The notes beneath the pieces were generated by a model. That model worked only from the letters and a program-made list of their open reading frames with translations. It was not told where the DNA came from and did no database searches. DNA of 64,000 nt from Paragordius varius. Lineage: Eukaryota > Animalia > Nematomorpha. How positions within the stretch are numbered: position 1 is the stretch's first letter; every line of letters begins with the position of its first letter. The position numbers and the translations under genes are program-made. The stretch is taken from the NCBI GenBank assembly GCA_964247055.1, contig OZ176054.1, positions 9,982,001 through 10,046,000 of the forward strand, written 5' to 3'. Positions 38,751-52,731 of the stretch are shown here, in pieces.

Positions 38751-41700
38751 TTGGATCATATATTCTCAACACATAGTTTGTGCCAGTATTTCTACGTTTG
38801 ACTCGGTAAGATATCAAAGGAGCCGTTATATTTTCTGTCAAACGTTTATAATAATATTAAAATAAAAATTTATATTTACCTTTTATGAGAAAGGCCTTGC
38901 ATATACTTCTTACATTTCTGGCATTTTGATCAATATCTGTCGGGTTATTAAACAATCGTGAATTAATTATTGATATATTTCAAGAATGTTAATAAAATTT
39001 ATCGTTAAAAATAAGAACAAGTTTAACAATCGTTTTTATTAATGGTAGGCGAGATCACAATATTTAGCGCTAAGCAGGGATAAACCGGAACAACAAACCT
39101 TTTTAAAAGCATTAATAAAAAAGTCTCATCAAGCCGTTTTTTGGAATGGATGGCGGTTTCAAATAAAATTCCTTTTTTATTTTAAAGATACATTCTATTG
39201 TTTAATATTTGTTTGAATCAAAGTATTTACTCGGAGAAGACATATAAAAATATTGATAGCAGCTCGTTATCTGTAATAAAAAAACAAAACACTATCAACC
39301 CAAACCAAAAACAATTTTTTTGGCAAAATGTACTTTTGAACTGTCGCGAACAAAAAGCTATTTACAAAAATAGTATGAAGCTGGGACAATAACTTTTTAT
39401 TATAACTTTTTACTAATCTATACGCCATCATAAACAAAATATTTTAAAATTATTAAGATCAACTTTCTGAATAGTTATATAATGTTACTTTCCAGATTGT
39501 GGTATGTTTTTTCAATCGTGGATCTAAAACCTTTTTTGTGTTTGTATACATAGGCTGTAATTTCGTATCTGATAGCTTTAATATATAAAGTAAATAAGCA
39601 TTATAAAAAATATTTGAATGCGAGAATTATCGAATGCAAAAAGCGTGTTAATCTTTTTCACAGAGAAAAATTACATGTTTTTGTTATCAAGTTGCCGAAA
39701 GTTATGCACAAATCCATTTTCATAATCTATATATTTTTGAAACACAGTGCTAGTAATTGTGAAATTGTTTTAGTGTTGAAACATTATGGGTCGAGTGAAT
39801 GAGCTGTTATGCAACTCGAATTCTATGTGAAAAAGGCATGTGAATCAGCCAGTTTAAAATGGATCTAATCTTTTTACTTGAGGTTACAAAAAATGAGCCA
39901 CAAAAAGAGCGGCTCAACTTTACCCATCTCAACTTTTAGCCATAAGCCATTTGCGTTTAAGTTATTGGCATCACGTGAGCCGGCTCACTAATTAATCAAA
40001 ATTTTTAGCTCAATGGTCATCAATATGGCCCTAAATATAGGTGGTATAATTGTTTTTATTGCTTACTATAAATTACCAATTAAAAGCCTTTTTAATAATA
40101 ATATCCCCAAATGTTATTAAATAAAAACTAATGATTTCGAAAATTTTATGCTAATGACAATAATCTAATTTGGAAAACGACCACAAAGTTACTAAAACAG
40201 CAGATACATCTAAAACCAGTATCTAATTATTTTTGTCAAAATTTGGGTGTATTTATCTTTCTATCCTTCATAAAAAGCGAGAAATTACGCAATATTAAGT
40301 ATACATGCGTACAATATTATATGACATAATTAACAAAGATACGGTAACAAATGTTTACTTAGTATACGTAAAAAGCTTATGCATCTTTAAAAGCTACTTG
40401 ACCTTGGAAATATATAAAAATATATTTTAGAATTCGGGCTTACAAGGAAATAAAGAAATATATATTTTGTTTTTCTATGAAAATTAGGTTTAATGTCTAT
40501 AAAAAACTTAAGTTTTCATTATCATTGACATAATTTGGTTAAAGTTTTAACTTAAAAATGACACAATTATGAGGTGTTTGATATTTTTGCAAAACATATA
40601 AGTTTTAAAAAGAATTTTAAATATATTAATGTAGCGTATTATTGGGATGGACGGTTTTATATGCTATATAACGATCCTTTCACCACTCTTAATAATTACA
40701 TGTCAAATAATAATATTTAGGTGTTAAATAATAATAATATTTAACCTAAATTTGATCAAAAAGTTAACATAAAAAGCATTAAGTTTTAGATATATAACAT
40801 ATTTTTGATATATTGAATTTGTGTCGACAAGGAACAAATATTCACAAGAGCGAAAATGATGATGCGATCAAACGTCAATTTTATAAAAAAAGTTATTATT
40901 TTATTAACCATTTCAGCACTTAATTAATATAATAAAAGTAAAAATGTTTAAGTTAAAATATAATTATCGGCTTTTAAATGAGCACATAAAATGGTTTAAA
41001 ATATATTATATTAATCATACAAAAAATGTTGAAATAAGTTATTTATTTATTTGTCCATATTGTAGTTTTTAACGCTCCTAAAAATATCTTGATTGGTAAA
41101 TTTTTTTTGAAAAATTATCACTGCGGTGTACTGATACATTTTTTATTACAGGCTTTTATAACCGGATACAGTCATGGTCAAGAATATATTGATGATGCAT
41201 TTAAACAGTCTCAAAGTCATACAAATCTATTAGGCAATTAAGAATAAATCGCACCAAAATTAGAAATAAAGGTTCGACTTGCAGACCAAATTTAAAATAT
41301 ATATTATATCTCCTATCCACCGGCTCAGAATTTTCGGTTAATGTAAACATAAATATAATCAATACTTTCTTTGGCAATTTTTAATGGAACTATTTTTAAT
41401 GCTAGGGCAACATGTGAGTACAATTTATTGTGAATAATTTCGTTTACAGTAACTTTTGGATCTCGCCACAAAATAGCGTAAGTTTTCTCGTATAATGGGC
41501 CGAACGTCAAATGATCATGGAAGTAATTGGGTCTCTCCACAACATACAAACCTATATAGATTTTCAAAAATTGCATTTTTATGACATTGGGTCAATAAAA
41601 TTAATAATAAGAATAAAAGTCGTGATTAAATGTTTTGTTAATATGCATCATAACGATACTAAAAAATAATTTTTGGAATGTCTTGAAAAAAAACTTGAAG

Positions 41701-42201
41701 AATTGTAAAAATTGCACTTGGGAATAACTAAAAATATGGCAATTATGCATTAAATGATTTGTATCTTTATTGTACCTATCATATGTTTATTAACACAAAA
41801 TTTACGGAATATATCGCGTTCAAATAAGCCGTATACAATAGAAATTTTTCACTGTCAGAAATAAACATATTTCAAAACCTTATAATATATCTTATAAAAA
41901 AATTTACTGTACATCGATGCAGAAAACTTCTATGACTTTTGGATCTTTTTTATGAGTGAAAAGTTATTCAATAGTTTGGCGCCTTTTAAAATACACCTCT
42001 AAAATATTTTAACAAAATCGATTGAAAACTATATTTTTTGCCAAAAGCACTAGAAATGCTTCTTTTAAAATAGCAGTGATCATTCATTACTGTCAAATTC
42101 ATTAATAAATTTGTAATTGAAACAGTATAAAATTTTATAATATATACATAGTAACAATTACCTTTGACCGAAAATATCAGCGCCAAGTATATAAGAATCA
42201 T
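38751..42201 (-). CDS. Signal-peptide-bearing multi-exon gene D (secreted or surface protein; 3' part degenerate)
   Basis: Exon 42162-42201 MILIYLALIFSVK (GTAATT), then 41997-42089, 41366-41551 (GLYVVERPNYFHDHLTFGP...), 39489-39523, 39231-39270, 38880-38936, 38751-38834. All GT-AG and frame-compatible. The downstream frame (..QIIET*; SRGRRNADNQFHTDPLCFSD) is broken. Confidence 0.6.
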
Positions 42202-42572
42202 TTTTTTTATAAAAAAAATATGGTATGTGGAGATCGATCTTATGTTATTTTTTTAGAGATACGAATGCAATTTAGTTAAGTTATAATTATTAACGACGCA
42301 CTATACTATGCCATATCTCTGTGTAATTGAATCAATATTTATTTTAATCGATAAAAATATATAATTTACCAATTATAATATGTGCTATATATTAACTGTA
42401 TTTTTCTGCGATGGCCGGTATAACCTGCGCCCAAAAAACAAGTATTTAATTGCCGTAAAGCCTTTTTAGATGTCATATATTTATTAACAAATCCGCTACG
42501 TAGAATATAGGGTTGCATCTTTAGTTTACATACCAAGGGTGAAATTTTTTATATTATCATAATTATCATTTA

Positions 42573-43475
42573 TTAGGTGTAGTCCTAAGTCATTACCGGT
42601 TTTACTCAGAGAAGACGCAGTCAAAAGTATGAAATTAATAGACACAGATCTCATTTAGTCTATATGAAATTAAACTAAAACACAATTTTGCGAGAAAGTT
42701 TCGTTATTTTGTCATTCAGTAACATATCGACTTTGGTGCCTGAAAAAAAACATTTGCGGCACGCATTGCTTTTCTTCAGAATAAAAGGCTAAAAGTCGTT
42801 TTATAAAAACAGATGGCGACATGCTTATTCTATCTTATCCTATCAAACATGGGATAATTTGAAAGTTATTATTTCTTGGAGAGAGTGGACTCTCTAGTAT
42901 ATCTGCGAAAGGCATGATGACCCGACTCAAAATTAAAGGAAATTGGAGGAAGCATTACGTATATCGCAAAACAGTAAGGAAAAGGAAAGATTAATTAACT
43001 TGGCAAATGGGTCTGGAACAATTTGAATGAAAGTTAATCGGAAATCGCAGTGAAATGTGAAATCCTGCAACGTACAAAGGAAATTATTTATTAAATTGTG
43101 GTAACCCTGAACCTTTATAACACAACGCTATCGCCAACAAATGATTAATTTGAACCATGCATTCAAAAACGACCGGAATGGGCCAAATAGCATGGCAAAT
43201 TTATTTAGTTACATGCGTTAATCTCACACAGAACGACACCTTGACCTCGCTTTGATGGGAACTTCTTCCACCACCGTACTCCCCTGGTGCTATATGAATA
43301 TTATATTACCTCTTATAAGGCACAAGAACAGAGAAGCACCTCAATAATTTCAACGACGCTAGAAAATGGGTTTAAAAATGGTTGTCTGGAAAAAACATTT
43401 AGTTTTTCTGTCACGGCTTTTGTCCATAACCTGAGAGATGGCGCTCTGTAAAAAGGCAATATTTTGAAAAAATGA
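42573..43475 (+). mobile_element. Internally deleted mariner relic
   Basis: TA|TTAGGTGTAGTCCTAAGTCATTACCGGTTTT mariner-like left TIR. VPEKKHLRHALLF N-terminus. C-terminal ..RKWV*KWLS..FFCHG..GNYFEK remnant. Confidence 0.75.
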
Positions 43476-44832
43476 ATTTTTAATCTTATATTACCTTTTA
43501 GCTAACTGGTTAATTTAGGTAAGCAACTGACATAATAATTACCAATATAAAAAACAGTGTCTAGATATCTGTAATTTCAGTCAGGTAATGTATAAAATAA
43601 AACTACCAATTATATGTTATAAAGTGCACATAATCCTGAAAACAATATGGTGTAGTAGTAAATATATCAGGATTACCATGATGTTTTTGATTACGGATCT
43701 TGAAAATTAGATCAAATTTTATCGTATTTTTCAATATCATAACAATCCAATCTTTCGGTTTATGCAGCCCAAATTTATATAAAATAATATTATATATTAT
43801 ATTTAACAATAATTTTAATTTTCGTATCTGAACTGAATGTCGCACATATTTTAGACCTTAATGACTACTGTCCTTAAAATATGCAAAAAGGCTAAGAGAA
43901 TATTTGAATATATGCTGAAATTTTGTATCTAAAACCAAATACCTTGAAAAAGTTTAAAAATTTTAATCTAAAAAAATTGTTTATTTGAGCATATTTTATA
44001 GCATTGAAAGATGGTAGATATGGGATTAGAACATTGTAAGATATTGAATTTATAATTCATTGCTATTAAAAAAATCTAATACCTTAAAATTTTAATAAAA
44101 CAATATGTTAATTCTAGAATTTAATACCATTTACATTCTTTCAGAGCAAACAAATCTTTTCAAAAAGGAATAGAAATGATCTGAACTGTATTAATGTATA
44201 CCCTTTCTTAAATGTTTTATGATATCGTGTGTACGCTTTAATATTTCATACTTTTATTCAAAGGGTATCCATTTTTGAATTAATGCAACCTGTTATGATT
44301 TGTATTAACTTAATTTTATATAGGCTTTTTTTCACTTTAAGATTACACCTTTTATCGGATTTAAGATGCGACGCATTCTGTGAAAAAAATACGAATTCGA
44401 TTATTGTTTTACCTTTTTGATATAATATACAATTAGGTTTAGAGCATTTATTATCAATCAATAATAAAAATATCACATGATGTGTGCTTAGAATGAGATT
44501 TTTTAATTTTGATTTATTTTATAACATTTTGATATGACCTTCTTAAATGATTGGTAAGGCCCAATACACCGTGGGAATTTTTTGCTTTATTAAAATCGGT
44601 TTTTTAACTGTATAATTATAAAATCCTGTTTAATCTGCTTATCAACTGTAAACTAAAAAATGGAATTGTCTATTGTATATTATTGGATAATCCTCATGTT
44701 GTAAATGAAATTAGGGGTAGGCTATCAATTCCTTTTTAATGAGAAAATATAGGGAAAATTATATTTATTGATATCAATATTATGAAAGAACATCCTAAAA
44801 TGGTTTTTAAAAAATAAATAGTTAAATTTTTT

Positions 44833-45796
44833 TAATAAAGATCTAATTTTCGGTTATATTTGTTTAACCTTTTTCATGATAAGGAAAAAAAATTAAAACA
44901 AAATTAAAAAAATATAAAATGGTGAAAATGATGTGTGGTATAGGTATTTATAACTAGTGAAAAAAACCAGTAAACATTACTGGAAAAAACTAATTTAAAT
45001 ACCGTTAATTAGTGGATGGGTGGATTATACAATTGTTTAATTATAATTGAAATAAGTATAATTAATTGTGTTATGGTTGCATTATAAAATATTATTTAAA
45101 GTTGTAATTCCAAATGTTCGACAACACCATACCGTCGGCACGGTTAAGATTTGCATTTTGCTTTTTAATTTCGATAGCTTCACGTGTAAATCGTTTTGAA
45201 CGATCTTCAATGTTAACCAATACTTCTATTTTAGCTATGTGGTGTGACCTTGAGAACAAATGTGTTCAGCAAGTCCGGAATTAGATTTATTAAAGCGTAT
45301 GTATTGTATATGTAATATGCTTTTAATCTTTGATCAATGGTGCGATCTGTTTCTCCGACATAAATACCATCACAGGAGCACGTAACTTTTAAAAACACCT
45401 GGTCTTTCTTCGCGGGGGATAGAGCTTTATATTTTGTTTTAGTCATGGGATATATTGTACGTATGTTAAAGCTGTTTAATAGGTGACCGATTTTTGTGAT
45501 TACATTTTTAATGAAAGGTAGAGAGGCAGTTCCAACGAATTGATTATTTGATTGTTGTTTAGCTGTGATTTGATTGTGGATTCTATTGAAAAGATGGGGG
45601 TGGTAGCCATTTTGTTGGAAGTTGTCTAAGGTGGATTCCGGGTCGCAGTAATGTTTATTGGTTTTTTTCACCAGTTATAAATACCTTTACCACACATCAT
45701 TATCACCATTTTAAATTTTTTTAATTTTTTTTTAATTTTTTTTCTTGATCCTGAAAAAGGTTATACAAATATAACCGAAAATTTAGATATTTATTA
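44833..45796 (-). mobile_element. 5'-truncated Penelope-like element with inverted terminal arms
   Basis: GIY-YIG C-terminus KVTCSCDGIYVGETDRTIDQRL, SNSGLAEH..GH, REAIEIKK..NLNRADG..LSNIW (about 45090-45660). Arms 44833-44968 and 45660-45796 are inverted copies of each other. Confidence 0.8.
45751..45795 (+). ncRNA. Degenerate hammerhead-ribozyme-like motif in the Penelope arm
   Basis: CTGAAAA-A-GGTTATA-CAAA-TATAACC-GAAA: CUGANGA-like box (G to A), 7-bp stem II, GAAA box. A more degraded copy lies on the minus strand at about 44840-44880. Confidence 0.4.
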
Positions 45797-46907
45797 AATT
45801 AGTTAATTTATTTTTTTAAAATCATCTATAGCGTTTTTGCCATTTACCTTAACTATATCTATAAATGCGTGAAATGTTTCTTTCTTTTATATGATGGATA
45901 ATAAGAAGGATCAAAATTAAAAGGCACATTGTTTAATCATTATAAAAAAATCAATTTTCATTATAGAATTGATTATTATTACTTAATTTAATATAAATGA
46001 TATGTATTGGGTGTGTGTTTTGTCGCTTCAAGCTTGTAACAGAAACTATTTTTTTATTTTTTCCATCACATGCAATACTTGTATATCACATTTATCTTTA
46101 TTTGGTTGCAGAATTAAAGATTTATTAGCACCGAATTTTATATCAATTCGTTGTCAAATGTAATTAAAAGCATTTTAAATTGATTTTTATATATTTTTAC
46201 TTTCCCGTTGCTTAAGGATTTTATAAGGGATATTTGGTGGTTTGAGACACAATCAACATATTTTTTTGTACCAAAAGTTTAAGCATTGATTCCGGATTCT
46301 TAATTGAAATATCAATTTTTCTTGAAACGCGTCAATATAAAATTTAAGTTACATATAAATAAAACGGTTTCGTTCATGTTAATTTTTAATCTTGAGAAAG
46401 ATAATTTTCTTATATTTTGTCACTTAATTGTTAATAATTCAAAATAACTTGAACATTTCCCCTTAAACTATGCGAACCCCTCCTCGAACAATTCGAATAC
46501 CTTATTCAATTTCATTCATAATTTTTCTCTAAAATATATGCCTTTTTTTAATTGAGTCATATTGAAATTAAATTGTTTTTACCATTGTTTATCATTTATT
46601 TGCATATTAATATTCAAAAAAAACTTTTTTCAAGATACCAAAAAAATTCAAATAAATTTCTTAAATATGTTATGACTTAAATTTTGTCAAGGATAGGTTT
46701 TTAACCACTCCACAAATCTAAAGCTGATTGTGACTTTTCTAACTTTCATTAAATTATATTTTAAAAACATTAAAGAAAAAATTGGCTTTTCATATCATAT
46801 TAGAAAAAAATCCTATTAAAGCCCAAAAATCAATTGAATTTAATAGAAATAGAGTTATTGATTTCGTTTTTATTCAATTACAAATGGAAAAGGCTCAAAT
46901 GTTAGAG

Positions 46908-46938
<31 letters not shown>

Positions 46939-47503
46939 CATTACGACGGCGTGAGGTTAATGTACATTACGAAGCAAAGTTCATAAGGATTCAGACTTGT
47001 AATTTATTTAAAAAATATTCACCGTTACATAAATAACAAAACTAAAACCGGCTATTAATGGTAAGAAACCGTAATAAATTTATGATTGGATTTTTCCATA
47101 AAAAAATTAAATTAATTGAATCGGGGAACATTAAAAATATCCTTTAATGATGGACTATGTATCAGAATTCGCATATTGCTGTTATAGGTATTACGAGGAA
47201 CATAACATACCATATAATGGTATTAGTTTAAGTTCAAGTATTGCATATCAGGGCTCGTTAAACTAAACAAAATTTTTTGGTGAAAGATAAATGCTTTAAT
47301 ACCAGAAAATATATCGAAATATTTTCCATTTTAAAAAAACCATAACTATATTAATGATTATTTATAAGTGAGCTACGAAAGTCTTAGTTGGACCTTCTAA
47401 AATGGGCTAGTTGTTTTTAATAACGCTAAACCCTAGAAGTGGGATAAAAATTTTAAATATATGCTTTTGTGACAACAAATTAATTTTGATAAAATGATTA
47501 GAT

Positions 47504-48435
47504 CAGGGCTTGGAACCGGTTTAAAAAAAGTGGAACCGGAACCGGGTCGGTTACTGAACAAGTGGGACAGGAACCGCGTTGGTTCTCAAAAATTAAAAAT
47601 AGAACCAGGCGGTTCCTGTATTTTTGGAACCGGAACAGGGGTGGTTCCCGGGGAAATGGAACCGGAACCGCGTTGGTTCCTTATAAATTTAGCGGTTCCC
47701 GAACCGGTTCTTTACATTGAGAACCGGTTCCATTTTCGGTTCCTAACTTTTGATTAATTGATTTTCTTACAAAATATTTTATCCCAACAGTTGTATTATA
47801 TTATGACTATTTTTTAGAAACAGCCGAATCCAAAATTCAGAGAGTATCGCTAATATAATATTAGGCGCTTAGTTTGAAGTTTTAAGTATGTAATATGTAG
47901 TGGTGCAATCAAATTTAAATAATAGAATAAATTTTTTACAGTAATAATTGACATTATACGGACAAAACATAAAAAAATTAAAGACATTTTTTTTTCAAAA
48001 GACAACCATACTTTTTTAAACCTTAATTTATCCTATTTAAACTATTAATTTATATTGTAATTATATAATTGATTGCATTACAAATTTACATTTCTGTATT
48101 TTACTTTGTAGATTAAAACATGAGTTATATTTAAAAAAAAAATCTTTTTAAAAAATATTTGTTTATTTTTTGTCAGTACTATTCAATTTTTGATGTATAG
48201 TTAAAATCCTTTGGGAACCACTAATTAAGGGGGTGGAACCGAAACCGGGTTGGCTCCTAAAAATTTATAGATAGAATCGGGGTGGTTCCTGAAATTTTGG
48301 AACCTGAACCGGGGTGGTTCCCGGGGAAATGGAAGCGGAACCGCGTTGGTTCCATCCCAATGGAACCGGTTCTTTTCAAAATCCCAGGAACCGGGTTCCG
48401 GTTCCATGCGGTTCCGATTTCGGTTCCAAGCCCTG
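47504..48435. mobile_element. hAT-type MITE rich in GGAACC/GGTTCC subterminal repeats
   Basis: TIRs CAGGGCTTGGAACC / GGTTCCAAGCCCTG. 8-bp flanks GATTAGAT / GTATAGAT. Confidence 0.85.
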
Positions 48436-51400
48436 GTATAGATGCTAAAAAATATTAGCAAATTATGATTAAGCATATACTATGATAATGAAGAGGACTG
48501 GGACGGTATAGAAATACTGTAAAATATAAAAATACTTTTTATAATTAATGCTTAGGTCATTCCCACCTCAATATTTAGACAAAAATATTTGATTACCTTT
48601 GTCTTCAACATATGGTAGAATAACAAATATTGTATCTAAAATAATATGTAATAAATGCTCTGCTCATTTTATATAGAAAATATTTATATAATATCAAAAC
48701 GTGTATTGAACCGTTCCAATCAAACTTAGAATCAATGAACCTAAATCCAAATAAATTTAACTAAGTGTTCTATTAACATTTTTTATATCATGTAATATAT
48801 ATTGGATATTCATATCGCACAATTTCATTGTGTCTTTTTTAGAATAGCCCATTTCGCCTTAAAAAATCAATTTGGAATGAAATGTTTAACTTTCATAAAA
48901 ATTTTATATTATTACCAAGGCCCAAAACCATATATATTTATATAGATATATATATAAATTTATATATTTGCGACATATTTGTGTGGGTTATGTTTTATGG
49001 GGTTTATTATAAAATAGCCTATTGTATTTGTGTTTATAATATGCAGCCCTTAAACCGAGTACCAAAATGTGTGTGCATAGAGGGGACATATTAAAATAAA
49101 GGTTATTATGGATATTATATTTCTTTTTAATATAATTTACTATAATTCAATACATATATTTCGGATAAACACCCAAAAATTTGTTTGGCACAATGTGCTT
49201 TTATTTTGCGATTTCCTATATTAACACTCCATGAGCTTTTCATTAGCGAGCAATTTGAAATATGAACATCTTATAAAGTACTTAAGGTAAAAGCTATATT
49301 TAAAATATGCTTTTTAGCCTCTTAGGCGTATACAAAAAAAATTTTTTAATGTAAAATTATCCTTATCTCAAACTTTTTTGCCGCCATTTTTCTCTATAAT
49401 TTTTTTTAAATTACTAATGCAACTGGCAAATAAATATATATTATGGTGAGAAAATGTAGCGAAAACTTGAAATATCCTGTAATTTAGCTGTTTTTTTTCA
49501 ATCATGTTTTGGAGCTATCCACTATATTAAATTGTGGATGTCACAATCACAAAACTGTAAAAATATTATATTTTTTATCTAATACATGAGAACAATGTTG
49601 ATAAATAAATATTATACAAAATTGAGCTCTGAAAATTACCCCAAAAGGTATTCTAGGACAAAACAGTCAAAGGTAATGAAGTATTAAGCAATAAAAGTGG
49701 ACTAATTATGTGACTCGTTAGGTCTTAAACCAAATGTATACGAGTTTTAATGCAATTTTGTATCAGATTATGCTTTGATTATTCTATAATATATAAATAT
49801 TATATTAGCGGTATACTAAAAAAAATAAAAATATGTGCAGGAACACACTTCCTTGAAATCGTTTTTGAAATTGATTTGCCTTCTTTAAACGATAAATCTT
49901 TTTTATCGTTTATCGATACAGGGAAATTATAATGAAAAGGATAAAATATTATCACTAAACGATAAATATATTTATAAAAATAGCCATATTTTTGGGCTTC
50001 AAAATGAGGAATAAAGATGTTAATTGGTAAGACAGTCTTATGTATATTTCACAATTGGATAAGGATTAAATCAAAATTAACAAAGTATGATTTTAAAAAT
50101 TCATTACCTTTTGGGGGAGTTAACACCGAGGTGTTATAAATTTGAATATATAATAAAGTATTTAAATTTGACCAAATTTAAAAATATGCATTTATTAGCC
50201 TTTTAGGCGCATGATACAAAACTTTTAAAAAATGTGAGAAATCTTTAAATCAACCTTTATCAGCCAGATTTTTTTAAAATTATAATATATCACTAATATA
50301 TAATATATGATTATTGATGAAAATCTAAATAATTAATTTTAATAGCTTTTAGGAAGATTAAGCAGCATATTTTTTATATTTATTGATTTTAAAATCAGCC
50401 GTTTTTTTCATTTTTGGAGCCATCGCAATAAACGGAAGTTAGAAAATTCTAAAAAGTTAAAGTTTTAATCTAATAGGAGAACAGAGTTTAATCATTTTAA
50501 CCGAAAAAAAATTTAATATTTACAAGTTTTAGCTCTGGGACGTAACTACCCAAAATGAAATCGATTACGAAAATTAAAAAAATATTAGTCTACTTAACAT
50601 TTTAATTTTAGATTGCATATTTTACTCAATATTATTCTTTTTACTAATATTGTTTTTATCATATTAAACTCAAAAAACTATTTTTTAGATAACGAGACAA
50701 ACTATTTTTTTGACTAATTTCTAACACAAAGAATCAATTAAAATCAAAGCCAACCGACCAAAAAAATGGAATTAAATTGGAATATAAAATTTGGCAAAAT
50801 TAAAATTTTGGTACGGAAATCGGAACAGTTTTAATTACTATCATTGAAAATTTTTTGATCAATATGATTAGTTATTTTCTTACATATATAATTATGGCGC
50901 TTAATCTCCTAAATTAATTTTAAAACTTGCATCGATTTCCTCAAAACCATTTGGCCATATGACTTGCAGAATTTATACGATAAAATATATATAAAACGGT
51001 CGCAATAATGTTAGGGTGTAAAGTTTTTATAAAATTTAGATATATATAGAAAAATTAATTCAATAATTGCCTGTCAATTTTTTTATTTAATTAAAAATAG
51101 TAATTAATTTAAAAGGTAAGGAAGGATAAAAAGAAATGAGCAGAGTTAGTAAAAGAATAGATATAGACAACATGAAATGTATAGTTGCCAAAAATAATTT
51201 ATTAATCCTTTTTTTGAAAAAAAATTAAAACGTTTCAAATGATATTTTTTTCTTTGGTGATAATTTGTCCTTCAAACGTATCATAGATAATAGAGAATTT
51301 TGTTAAAAAAGAAGATTTACTATATTTTAATTATTTTTTTTTAATTTTACACTTGAATAATTTAAAATTCAAGCGCTCCATGCTTATATAAATGAGTTTT

Positions 51401-52470
51401 ATATTTTAGCTAGCGAGTTCAGGATAAATTAGTTTAATAGTGTTCAGTGGACATGTTATATCTCTGGGGACTAATTATTAAAGGCCACTAAAAAATGTGT
51501 AAAAACAGCCTTTGATATTTTGTGGTATCATTTTAATTTTAATAATAATATCAATAATAATAAATAAAAAAATAATTATTATATGGTATAAATAGTTTAA
51601 ATTAAAATGGCAATTCTATTGATTTTATTTATGTAAATTTTATGGTCTGAAAAACAAATATTAAATAAATGGATTTGACTTTTAATTTCGAATTTGATTT
51701 TTATAATTTATAATACTTTGTCTCTTCTTACAACTATATAATTGCATAGTGAAATATATCTAACTCGGATGAGTACAATACATAGAACCAAATATAACAT
51801 TGAAAATATTTTTTCACCATTACATATGTAGAAAATTCAATCAATATGTTTCAATCTTAATTCCATACATGTATGGAAAGAATATTAAGTACTTTGATCC
51901 CTAAGTAAAATCTAATTTCATGAAAATCTTCCTGGACATAAACCCAAGCTTATGACATTCATGCCAAAAGGCAAATTGATAATAGTTATTCAGAATATCA
52001 AATCCTTGGAATAATATTTACATCCACGTTTTTAATTATTTATGAGTGATTTAATAGTTTAGTGTTTAAACTGGGAATTCAAAAGAATCTCATGATCTGA
52101 CATCGATCACAATTTGATTTTTGCCAAAAATTAACTATGAAAATTTTAATCGGAATTTATATTTTTGTTTGGAAAAGAAATGGTGTCTCACTTTAAACAA
52201 AAATCTTGTAAATTGGATATTATTACAGTCAAATTCATTACGTATTTGTCTAGGTGTATGTATAATTTAGTTTTATCCAAAAGTGCTTTATCTTTTATTG
52301 ATTGAAAATTGATCTTCTTCACAACTATAATTTATATTCCTTTGTTATTTATGTAATATATATATTATTATCATCATCATAATTCTATCATTATTAAAAA
52401 TTATAGTAAAATTTTTACCCAATTGCTTTTGTTATATTGAAAGCACAAACTATTGATTTATGTTTTATAA

Positions 52471-52731
52471 CTACTTTTTATTTTTTTCAGTTTCATATAG
52501 TGTTTGTAATATATATTCATTATTATCATCTTTTAAAAAGTCAAGTGCCTCTTTTATCTTTAAACGATGACAATTAAATTTTACCAACTTTCTGGGTACA
52601 ATATCCGATTTAATCAATGTATTTTCCGTTGTTATTATACGACGATACTGCATAATTGCGCGAAAAAAATATATATTTATAAATGATGGCATCAATATTC
52701 TCCAATAAGGATAAAAAGTAGATCTAATCAA
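52471..52731 (-). mobile_element. Possible Helitron-associated protein relic
   Basis: FNCHRLKIKEALDFLKDDNNEY resembles the F.VRR.KV..AL.WLK..N..Y motif of Helitron Rep-associated proteins. Recalled motif similarity only. Confidence 0.3.

Larger units (their letters stand above)
43530..46330 (-). pseudogene. Further degenerate paralogous ectodomain exons (block E)
   Basis: TTPYCFQDYVHFITYNW*FYFIHY..TVFYIG|GTAATT (43530-43800), IITGCINSK (about 44290) and IDISIKNPESMLKLLVQKKYVD (about 46290) resemble segments of blocks B, C and D. Stops and frameshifts present. Confidence 0.35.

Noticed and set aside
41060-41245. Possible small plus-strand two-exon gene end (FNAPKNILI/GFYNRIQSWSRIY or AFITGYSHGQEY...)
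   Set aside because: No convincing start exon or paralog, and two frames are equally plausible.
47494-48476. EPEP/GT-rich ORFs (also 61876-62100)
   Set aside because: They arise from GGAACC subterminal repeats of a MITE.
48500-52300. Dispersed short similarities (e.g. tagcc..taggcg motifs, also near 54680, 59505 and 60950)
   Set aside because: Probably old transposon debris, but no termini or TSDs could be defined by eye.
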